The position numbers were made by a program, and so were the translations under genes. The notes beneath the pieces were generated by a model that searched no databases, had not been told where the DNA came from, and saw only the letters and a program-made list of their open reading frames with translations. 64,000 nucleotides of DNA, taken from NCBI GenBank assembly GCA_937922235.1, contig CAKZVC010000027.1, positions 11,968 to 75,967 on the forward strand, in the 5' to 3' direction. Origin of the DNA: an uncultured Acidimicrobiales bacterium. Its GTDB lineage: Bacteria; Actinomycetota; Acidimicrobiia; Acidimicrobiales; SHLQ01. Positions 28,019 to 35,926 of this stretch are shown here, in pieces (position 1 is the first letter of the stretch; every line of letters begins with the position of its first letter).

Positions 28019-28025
28019 ACGCGCC

Positions 28026-28110
28026 TAGGCTTCCGGTGCTCGCAAGCTTCGCTAGGTAGCCTACTTCGGGGGTCTGACAGTGACCGACGGGCCTGGTCCC
28101 CCGGGACCAA
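28026..28110. repeat. Third, diverged solo copy of the 86-bp structured repeat (same orientation as 10906-10991)
   Basis: taggcttccggtgctcgcaagcttcgctaggtagcctac...cctggtcccccgggaccaa. Both hairpins are retained. Confidence 0.7.
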
Positions 28111-28320
28111 CCTCTGCGCTCCAGGCTCGCATTCGCTCGAGCGGGCTCACCACCACCGGAAAAACTTGGAAAAGGCGGACAATTACGTGCGCCCGCATAG
28201 CGATTTTCGCTCGCTGGAGACTACGTTGAGGTTTCCATAAGTGAACGACGGTCAGTTCGCTTCCGCCCCTCCTCCTCGTGCCCTGACGCTTTGGAAAATT
28301 CTGATCCACGGAGCAGATAA

Positions 28321-28821
28321 TTGTTCGCTGACCGGCGCCGCCGCATCATCACCTTTGTGGTCATTGTCTTTGCGCTGTCCGCAATCTGGCCGCTGACGCG
28401 AACCCCAGCAGGACGATCGGTCAGCGCCCGGATCGTCTCGACGACCACCACGACCGAACCGGTACCCACAACCACGACTCGGCCGTACGAGCCCGAGTCA
28501 GTGCTGTCGTATCCCACCGACTGTCTTGTCGGTGAGCTCGGCAAGACTCGACTTCGCTCGGTCACCTGCGACAAGCCCCACGACCTCGAGGTGTACCGCG
28601 AGGTACTCATCGAGCGATCCTTTACCGAGTTCAATGACGCGATCATCGAGTCATACGCCCGAGACGTCTGCCTGACGTCGTTCGCGGCCCAGTATCCCGA
28701 CAACGAGCGCTACGAGCTCACGTACACCCGACCAACGCAAGACTCGTGGGACGAGTCGTTTCGCGTTGTGCGGTGCATGTTGTTTGACCCAGCCGGCCCG
28801 AAAGAGGGCCGGGCGAGATAG
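28321..28821 (+). CDS. Membrane-anchored protein, septum-formation-family-like extracellular domain
   Basis: TTG start, N-terminal TM and Thr-rich linker. The C...C.KPHDLEVY...C...VRC pattern resembles the Septum_form domain. Confidence 0.5.
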   Translation: MFADRRRRIITFVVIVFALSAIWPLTRTPAGRSVSARIVSTTTTTEPVPTTTTRPYEPESVLSYPTDCLVGELGKTRLRSVTCDKPHDLEVYREVLIERSFTEFNDAIIESYARDVCLTSFAAQYPDNERYELTYTRPTQDSWDESFRVVRCMLFDPAGPKEGRAR

Positions 28822-28832
28822 GCCCCTGGCGG

Positions 28833-31052
28833 CTACGGACCGCTCCGCTCGCACGAGACAACTCGTGCCGGCTCTCCGCCGGATCGGATACATCGATCCC
28901 GCTTACCGGGCCCGCCCTTCACAACATCTCCTTCGCCAACGAGGAGCACGTCGTTGCCGTAACCACCGTTCATATCGTCGATGGCTCCCAGACCTTCGAG
29001 ACGGTCAGAGCCGGCACCCCCGCGGATCCAATCACGAGCTTCGTACCCGATCAGTAAGTCGTTCCCGATGCCGCCTTGCATACGATCCCAGCGAGTCGTT
29101 CCGTAGATACTGTCGTCTCCGGCCCCACCGAAGTAACGACCACCCGCAGTGTCACTGCGCTCGTTGGGCGCCGCACCATCGGCACCGTAGATCTCGTCCG
29201 TTCCTTGAGCTCCGTAGATGATGTCAAAGCCGGAGCCTCCGTAGATCACGTCGTCACCCTTGCCGCCGCAAAGTACGTCATCGCCTCCGAGTCCAACGAC
29301 TCGGTCGTTACCTTCAAGCGCCGCAATCACATCCGGACCGGGCGTGCCTATTAGGTGATCGTCGCCGTTGCTCCCGACGATCGTTGCACGCAGTCCGCCG
29401 CATGTGGCTGCGTCGGGCCCGACGCCGCCCAATCGAGGCTGTGGCTCGGGCCAAGCTGACAGAATTCGTTCCATCCATCGCCGATTGACCGAACCGAACA
29501 CCGGCACGAAACTTCGCATGGCGGAGTCGGCTGTTGGACGGATTGCCTCCGTGTTCTCCGCTTCTCCCGAGCAGCCGCCTTGGAAGTAGCCAACGGTGAA
29601 CCTCTCCGGGCTGACAAATTCGCCTGGTGGCAGAAGGTCGTAGCGAATGAGTTCGTCTCTCCACCGATCGAACATCGGATCCAGGTCACCAACAAGGTCG
29701 CTCCACAGACGTTCCGCAGCCACCTGGCTCGGTGCACAGTTTGGACGCCTTGTGGTCGGAACAGATCGGCCCGGAACGTCGTACTCGTCCAACAGCCCGA
29801 ACAGTGCGTGGCCTAGCTCGTGTGCAAGGACGTACCGGTCATCCAGCACCCACCAATCGTCGCCACGGTGGGGAAACGGTAGGTACACGCTCCCAAAGCC
29901 ACCTCTGCCAGGTCCGAACTCAAAGGCGCTCATCGCTGAGGTCGTAGATGCCCGAGCACCAGCGTTCGCACGGTCGATCAGCACCAACACGGTGTCTGGC
30001 CCAAGTCCTAGCGCCTCAGGATCGATATTTGACTGTGGTTGTCCAATGCCGCTGTACGGCGGGCCATGAGCAGCCATCTCGTCTTCCATAAACCAGAAGT
30101 TGAACCGTCCTACATTGTCGCGAAATGGGTCGATTGAGAATGTTCCCCAATGCAGCGCGCGAACGCTGCCACCGTTCTCGAACTCGGCCTGCAGATACTC
30201 GGGTTCGCCACTGAGACCCAGTAGACGGAGCGCCTCATCTTGAAGGCTCAGCTCGTCGATTGGCCCGAATCCGTTACCGACGAATACCAAGTTGATTCGT
30301 TCACGGCTCGGCCCGTTGTGACCCGGAACCAACGCAATAGGCGTCGGGTCCAGAATCTCGAGCAATTGGCGATGCCCTTCTCTTCGACATGTTTGAGGGT
30401 CTCGAAGGGCAACGGCGCACACCGCTACGGTCCATCGACCAGGCTCCGAAATTCGAAAGGTGAAGTTATACGAGCCAGCTTCACTCGCGACCTGCTGAAC
30501 AACCTCATCGCTTCCTTCTCGCCGCACAAGAAGGACGTGATCGGTAAACCGCTGAGGTTCGGTATACCGCTGAAGGACAATCTCGCCAGGGTAGGACTGA
30601 AGCCGGGCGGCATCGAACGGCCGGTGTACTCCATCGTCAGGATCGACGGTTATTGACGCCCGCCCCTCGACATTGGTCCCCACCGTAAGTCCGCCAATTC
30701 CAACGTCGAACTCGCCTGGTGTCCAGGCTCCAGAAATCCCGCACACCAACTCATCACCCTCGAGAAGGCACCGTTTGCTCGACAGCACCGTGCCATCCGC
30801 GAACTGTTGAATCACATAGGCGTGGTAGGGAGAGCTCGGCAGTCGATTTGCCCCGATAACCGGGAACCGGCAAGTCGCAGGTTGACCAACAACAAGGCGT
30901 TCGGGCGAGCATGTTCCTCTTCCAACTTCATTGGGTGAGTCGAGGTAGTCGACGTCGACCTCACCCTGGGCTGCCGCCTGCGAAGCCCCAACGACCGCAA
31001 ACAGCGATGCCGCTACAAGAGCGAGTACTGAGAACCTACGAGACAGGGTCAT
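28833..31052 (-). CDS. Secreted zinc metallopeptidase (M64-like motif) with C-terminal RTX-type Ca-binding repeats
   Basis: Signal peptide MTLSRRFSVLALVAASLFAVVGASQAAA. HELGHALFGLLDEY at 29781-29822 (checked on the DNA). C-terminal GGxGxD nonapeptides (GGKGDDVIYGGSGFDIIYGAQGTDEIYG). Start at 31052 overlaps the thiolase stop (ATGA). Confidence 0.7.
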   Translation of the reverse strand: MTLSRRFSVLALVAASLFAVVGASQAAAQGEVDVDYLDSPNEVGRGTCSPERLVVGQPATCRFPVIGANRLPSSPYHAYVIQQFADGTVLSSKRCLLEGDELVCGISGAWTPGEFDVGIGGLTVGTNVEGRASITVDPDDGVHRPFDAARLQSYPGEIVLQRYTEPQRFTDHVLLVRREGSDEVVQQVASEAGSYNFTFRISEPGRWTVAVCAVALRDPQTCRREGHRQLLEILDPTPIALVPGHNGPSRERINLVFVGNGFGPIDELSLQDEALRLLGLSGEPEYLQAEFENGGSVRALHWGTFSIDPFRDNVGRFNFWFMEDEMAAHGPPYSGIGQPQSNIDPEALGLGPDTVLVLIDRANAGARASTTSAMSAFEFGPGRGGFGSVYLPFPHRGDDWWVLDDRYVLAHELGHALFGLLDEYDVPGRSVPTTRRPNCAPSQVAAERLWSDLVGDLDPMFDRWRDELIRYDLLPPGEFVSPERFTVGYFQGGCSGEAENTEAIRPTADSAMRSFVPVFGSVNRRWMERILSAWPEPQPRLGGVGPDAATCGGLRATIVGSNGDDHLIGTPGPDVIAALEGNDRVVGLGGDDVLCGGKGDDVIYGGSGFDIIYGAQGTDEIYGADGAAPNERSDTAGGRYFGGAGDDSIYGTTRWDRMQGGIGNDLLIGYEARDWIRGGAGSDRLEGLGAIDDMNGGYGNDVLLVGEGDVVKGGPGKRDRCIRSGGEPARVVSCERSGP

Positions 31053-32254
31053 GCGCCAACGCTGACGATGATGGCGTCTCCCTGACCGCCACCGCCGCAC
31101 AGCCCAGCAGCACCGATGCCCCCGCCGCGACGACGAAGTTCGTGCATCAAGGCGAGCGTGATGCGGTTGCCCGACATGCCGAGAGGATGCCCAACAGCGA
31201 TCGCGCCGCCATTGACGTTGACGATGTCGGTTGAGACGCCGAGCTCGGCTGCCGATGCGATTCCGACGGCAGCGAATGCCTCGTTGATCTCATAGAGCGA
31301 TATATCAGACACGTCGACACCAGCGGTCTCGGCGGCCTTGCGAATGGCACGTGATGGCTGGTGCAGGAGCGAGCAGTTGTCCGGCCCGGCGACCATGCCG
31401 TAGCCCAGCACCGTGGCGAGCGGCTCGACGCCGAGCTCGTCTGCTCGGGCGCGACTCGTGACGATCATCGCCGATGCGCCATCTGACAGCTGCGATGCGT
31501 TCCCGGCAGTAATCGTTCCTTCGCCAACGAAGGCGGGTCGGAGCTTGCTAAGCGAAGCTGCATCGGTGCCAGCACGAACGCCCTCGTCGTCTTCGAACGC
31601 GATCGGGTCGGCCTTTCGTTGTGGCACCGACACTGTGAACGTTTCCGATCGGAGGATCCCGTCTTTGATCGCGCGGGCGGCGCGGTCGTGCGATGCCGCG
31701 GCGAACGCGTCTTGGTCGTCACGGGAGATCGCTTCGGCGCCCGCGTACAAGTCGGTGGCCTCACCCATGATGCGAGATTCGACCGCGCAGGTGAGACCGT
31801 CGTACTGCAGCGAATCGACCAGCTTGCCGTCGCCATAGCCATAGCCGGTACGGCTTTTCATGAGCAGGTGCGGACTGTTGCTCATCGACTCCATGCCACC
31901 AGCGATAACCGTCGTTGCCTGGCCGGTCATGATCTGCATGGCGGCGTAGTTGATCGCCTGCATGCCCGACAAGCACACCTTGTTGACTGTGGTGGCATCG
32001 ACCGTGAGCGGGATGCCGCCCTTCACCGCCGCGTTGCGAGCGCCCGACTGGCCTTCGCCTGCCGTGAGCACATGGCCCATCACGACCGAATCGATCGCAT
32101 CCGCGGCGACCCCAGTGCGTTCGAGGACGGCAGCGATGGCGAGACCGCCAAGGTCGGTTCCGCTGAACCCGCTGAGCGAACCGTTGAACCGGCCGATCGG
32201 CGTGCGAGCTCCGTCGAGAATGACAACGTCGTCTGGGCTTTGTGTGTGAGTCAT
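31049..32254 (-). CDS. Acetyl-CoA C-acetyltransferase (thiolase II)
   Basis: 401 aa. Has VNKVCLSGMQA (active-site Cys) and the C-terminal GGGQG motif. Confidence 0.9.
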   Translation of the reverse strand: MTHTQSPDDVVILDGARTPIGRFNGSLSGFSGTDLGGLAIAAVLERTGVAADAIDSVVMGHVLTAGEGQSGARNAAVKGGIPLTVDATTVNKVCLSGMQAINYAAMQIMTGQATTVIAGGMESMSNSPHLLMKSRTGYGYGDGKLVDSLQYDGLTCAVESRIMGEATDLYAGAEAISRDDQDAFAAASHDRAARAIKDGILRSETFTVSVPQRKADPIAFEDDEGVRAGTDAASLSKLRPAFVGEGTITAGNASQLSDGASAMIVTSRARADELGVEPLATVLGYGMVAGPDNCSLLHQPSRAIRKAAETAGVDVSDISLYEINEAFAAVGIASAAELGVSTDIVNVNGGAIAVGHPLGMSGNRITLALMHELRRRGGGIGAAGLCGGGGQGDAIIVSVGA

Positions 32255-33258
32255 GAGTGCTCCTCATCGGAGGGTTGGATAGTGGAGAGATCTGCGTTCA
32301 AGAGTAAAGCGAGCAATTCGTTGGTTGCACGAGTCGGTGCAACCTCGGCCCGTTCAGCTTTGCTGAGCCAGCCGGCGCCAGTGTCGGAGTCGAGCGCTTG
32401 CTCAGCCGCTGCCGACATGGCCTGTTCGAGGCGGGCCTTCACTTCGGTGCGCATACGGTGCTTGCGCCGGGCGTCGCGAAGGCCGGTGTCGTCGAGATGG
32501 GTGAGGTGCGCCTCAACCGCATCCCATACGTCGGCGCTTCCATCGCCGTGCAGCGCAGAGGCCATGACGATCGGTGGGCGGTATCCGGTTTCGGATTCTT
32601 GTCCGGTCATGTGGCTGAGGTCGAGCATGAGGTCGAGGTCGCGGCGCACGTCGTTTGCGCCGGGCCGGTCGGCCTTGTTGACGACAAACACGTCGGCGAC
32701 TTCGAGGAGACCCGCCTTGTTTGCCTGGACTGCGTCGCCCATGCCAGGCGTCATTACCACGACGGCAGTGTCGGCAGCACCGACCACATCGACTTCGACC
32801 TGGCCAACGCCGACCGTCTCGATGATGACCGGGTCGTACCCCACAGCATCGAACACGCGAACAGCGAGCGGCACCGCAAGCGCCAATCCGCCGGAGTGGC
32901 CTCGGGTTGCCATCGAACGGATAAACGCTTCCGATTCGCCATCCTCGATTCGAATGCGATCGCCAAGGATCGCTCCGCCGGTGAGCGGCGATGATGGGTC
33001 GACGGCCAGTACCGCGGGCTTCTTGCCGGCGGCAACGAGGTCGCTGACCAATTGACCGACAAGCGTCGACTTGCCGGCCCCGGGCGAACCAGTGATGCCC
33101 ACGATGTGTGCCGTGCCCGAATCGGGATGCGCGAGTTCGCTGATCTCGTCGGCGGTTGCGCCACCCCGCTCGACTGCGGTGAGCAAACGACCGAGGGCGC
33201 GCCGCTCCCCCGTTCGGGCGGCTTCGTAGAGCTCGGCAATCGAGCGCTTTGGGGCCAC
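32251..33258 (-). CDS. meaB: MeaB/ArgK-type G3E GTPase (B12-mutase chaperone)
   Basis: P-loop GSPGAGKST, followed by VNKAD. Adjacent to the mutase subunits. Confidence 0.9.
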   Translation of the reverse strand: MAPKRSIAELYEAARTGERRALGRLLTAVERGGATADEISELAHPDSGTAHIVGITGSPGAGKSTLVGQLVSDLVAAGKKPAVLAVDPSSPLTGGAILGDRIRIEDGESEAFIRSMATRGHSGGLALAVPLAVRVFDAVGYDPVIIETVGVGQVEVDVVGAADTAVVVMTPGMGDAVQANKAGLLEVADVFVVNKADRPGANDVRRDLDLMLDLSHMTGQESETGYRPPIVMASALHGDGSADVWDAVEAHLTHLDDTGLRDARRKHRMRTEVKARLEQAMSAAAEQALDSDTGAGWLSKAERAEVAPTRATNELLALLLNADLSTIQPSDEEHS

Positions 33259-33260
33259 TG

Positions 33261-33668
33261 CTAGGTGTTCACGGCAGCGACGGCGTCGCGAACTGACTGA
33301 GCGACTTCTTCAGCCGAGGCACCCGGGCCAAGCACGACACCAACACCCGCATCGAGCAACGGCTGCACGTCTTGATCGGGAATGATGCCGCCCACGATGA
33401 CTGGGCAATCAAGCTCGGCTTCGGCAACGGCCTTCACCATTGCGGGAGCCAGAGTCATATGGCCAGCGTTATGCATCGAGAGGCCGATTGCATCGGCATC
33501 TTCCTGCTCGGCAGCGGCGACGATGCTGTCGGTCGTCTGGCGAAGCCCGAGGTAGATGACCTCCATGCCAGCATCGCGCAGGATGCGGGCAACGACCTTC
33601 AGGCCGCGGTCGTGGCCGTCGAGGCCAAGCTTGGCCAACAAGATGCGGATCTGCGGTTCGTCGCTCAA
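33261..33668 (-). CDS. Acyl-CoA mutase small subunit, B12-binding domain (IcmB-like)
   Basis: 135 aa. DGHDRG (DxHxxG) cobalamin-binding motif. Confidence 0.85.
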   Translation of the reverse strand: MSDEPQIRILLAKLGLDGHDRGLKVVARILRDAGMEVIYLGLRQTTDSIVAAAEQEDADAIGLSMHNAGHMTLAPAMVKAVAEAELDCPVIVGGIIPDQDVQPLLDAGVGVVLGPGASAEEVAQSVRDAVAAVNT

Positions 33669-35320
33669 ATGATTGCCTTCTCTACGTAGGTGCCGAATTC
33701 GGTTTCCATGGCCATCACGACTTCTTCGAGGGTGGCGTACGCCTTGACCGCATCGAGGATCGACGGCATCAGGTTGACCGTTGGGTCTTGCGCCGCAGCG
33801 GTGACGGCGGCCAGCGTGCTGGCCACGTCAACATCGTTGCGAGCAAGCTTCACATCGGCCAGGCGTTTGAGCTGGTACTCCTCAACCTCGGCGTCGATGC
33901 GAAGCAGGTCCTTCTCGCCGTCGTCGCCATCGGTGAAGGCATTGACTCCAACGATGATGCGGTTGCCGTTGTTGACCTCACGTTCGAAGCGATAGGCCGA
34001 GTCGGCGATCTCGCCGACGAAGTAGCCGTTCTCGATGCCTTCGTAGACGCCCTCAAGAATCGAGCCCTTTCCGAGATCGTCGAGGTGGGCGAAGATCGCT
34101 TCAGCCTGACGTTCCATTTCGTCAGTCATCCACTCCACGTAGTCACTGCCACCGAGCGGGTCGGCCACGTTGGCCACGCCGGTCTCGTGGGCAACGATCT
34201 GCTGGGTACGCAGTGCGATGCGAGCAGCCTTCTCGGTCGGAAGAGCAAGGGCTTCGTCGAAGCTGTCGGTGTGAAGGCTCTGCGTTCCGCCGAGCGCCCC
34301 GGCCAACGCCTGGATGGCGACACGAGCAATGTTGATCTCGGGCTGCTGCGCGGTGAGCGACACGCCGGCCGTCTGGGTGTGGAAGCGACACAGCATCGAG
34401 CGCTCCTTCGTAGCGCCGTAGCGTTCCTTCATCCACCGAGCCCAGATGCGGCGGGCAGCACGGTACTTACCGATCTCTTCGAAGAAGTCGTTGTGGGCGT
34501 TGAAGAAGAAGCTCAGGCGGCCAGCGAACTCATCGACATCGACACCGGCCGCAGTCGCAGCCTCGACGTAGGCGAAGCCGTTCGCCAGGGTGAAAGCAAG
34601 CTCTTGGGCGGCGTTACTTCCCGCTTCACGAATGTGGTATCCGCTGATCGACACCGGATGGAAGCGAGGCATCTCGGCGCTCGTGTACTTGATCATGTCG
34701 GTCACGATCCGAACACTTGGGCGCGGCGGGTAGATGTACTCCTTCTGGGCTTGGTACTCCTTGAAGATGTCGTTCTGGATCGTGCCGGCGAGCTGGTCGG
34801 TCGACACGCCGTTCTTCTCGGCAACGGCGACGTACATGGCCAAGATGATGGCTGCCGGGCCATTGATCGTCATCGACGTCGACACACCCGAAAGGTCGAT
34901 GTCGGCGAAGAGGTCTTCCATGTCGGCGAGCGTGTCGATGGCAACGCCAGCTCGTCCAACCTCACCGAGTGCCCACGGGCTGTTCGAGTCGCGTCCCATG
35001 AGCGTGGGCATGTCGAACGCCGTCGACAGGCCGGTGCCGCCGTTGCGGAGAATGTCTTTGAAGCGAGCGTTGGTGTCTTCGGCAGTTCCAAAGCCAGCGA
35101 ACATGCGCATCGTCCACAGGCGGCTGCGATACATCGACGGATAGACACCGCGGGTGTACGGGTACTCACCTGGGTACGGGCCGGGACCGTAGACCGGTTC
35201 AACTGGCACACCTGACATCGTCTCAAACGGAACGTCACGCAGGCTGGCCGAGTCGTAGCGCTCCTTCCAAGCGGCGTACTCGGGTGAGTCTTTCCAGGCC
35301 ATCTCTTCGGACGAGCTCAT
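33665..35320 (-). CDS. Acyl-CoA mutase large (substrate-binding TIM barrel) subunit; specificity residues look isobutyryl-CoA-mutase-like
   Basis: 551 aa, methylmalonyl-CoA mutase family (LWTMRMFAGFGTAEDTN, GTIQNDIFKEY). Phe74 and Gln192 occupy the positions of MCM Tyr89 and Arg207. Confidence 0.85.
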   Translation of the reverse strand: MSSSEEMAWKDSPEYAAWKERYDSASLRDVPFETMSGVPVEPVYGPGPYPGEYPYTRGVYPSMYRSRLWTMRMFAGFGTAEDTNARFKDILRNGGTGLSTAFDMPTLMGRDSNSPWALGEVGRAGVAIDTLADMEDLFADIDLSGVSTSMTINGPAAIILAMYVAVAEKNGVSTDQLAGTIQNDIFKEYQAQKEYIYPPRPSVRIVTDMIKYTSAEMPRFHPVSISGYHIREAGSNAAQELAFTLANGFAYVEAATAAGVDVDEFAGRLSFFFNAHNDFFEEIGKYRAARRIWARWMKERYGATKERSMLCRFHTQTAGVSLTAQQPEINIARVAIQALAGALGGTQSLHTDSFDEALALPTEKAARIALRTQQIVAHETGVANVADPLGGSDYVEWMTDEMERQAEAIFAHLDDLGKGSILEGVYEGIENGYFVGEIADSAYRFEREVNNGNRIIVGVNAFTDGDDGEKDLLRIDAEVEEYQLKRLADVKLARNDVDVASTLAAVTAAAQDPTVNLMPSILDAVKAYATLEEVVMAMETEFGTYVEKAII

Positions 35321-35853
35321 CGGGTCTCCTCGGTTCGGGTCGAGCCAGACACGTTGTCACCAGCGGAGGCTCGGACGTTGGCTAGCTGTTCATTCATGTC
35401 GGCGAGCGTCGGGTCGTCGATTTCGCCCATCCCCCACCGGATGTCTTCAAGCGCCGTGGTTGCCTCTTTGTGCAACGCCCGGCCCGCTTTGGTGAGCGTT
35501 GCCAGAGTGGCCCTGCGATCGTCGGGATGGGGGCTGCGTTCGACCAAGCCGTCGCGCTCGAGCCGGTCGATCGTGCTGGTCACGCTGGTGGGGTGCACCT
35601 GCAGGCGTTCGCCCATCCGTGCCATCGCCATCGATCCGTTGCGGGCAAAGCTGAGCAGCGCCAGTGCTTCGTATCGGCTAAACGTCAGCGAGAACGGTGT
35701 GAGCGCTTGGTTGATTCGACCAAGCACCACCTGATGTGCGCGGGCGAGCGACGTCGCCGCGACCATCGCGTCCACCTCACCAAGCCCAGACTCGACCCAG
35801 TTGCGCCGCGCCTCAGCAACAAGATCCATCGAGGTCGAGCGCTCAGCAGCCAT
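35317..35853 (-). CDS. MarR family transcriptional regulator
   Basis: Winged-helix region ...MGERLQVHPTSVTSTIDRLERDGLVERSPHPDDRR. Start taken at MAAERS (35853); 35871 is also possible. Stop overlaps the mutase start. Confidence 0.8.
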   Translation of the reverse strand: MAAERSTSMDLVAEARRNWVESGLGEVDAMVAATSLARAHQVVLGRINQALTPFSLTFSRYEALALLSFARNGSMAMARMGERLQVHPTSVTSTIDRLERDGLVERSPHPDDRRATLATLTKAGRALHKEATTALEDIRWGMGEIDDPTLADMNEQLANVRASAGDNVSGSTRTEETR

Positions 35854-35926
35854 AGCACCAGAATAGCTCATGTATCCAATAGTCGGACATCCTACTATTT
35901 GGTAACTTGTTCGGACCCCCTGACGC

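Noticed and set aside
33788-35215. 475-aa plus-strand ORF antisense to the acyl-CoA mutase large subunit.
   Set aside because: It lies entirely inside a gene with unmistakable family motifs on the other strand. Its composition is Arg/Gly/Val/Asp-rich, which is typical of antisense frames in high-GC DNA. No motif was recognised.
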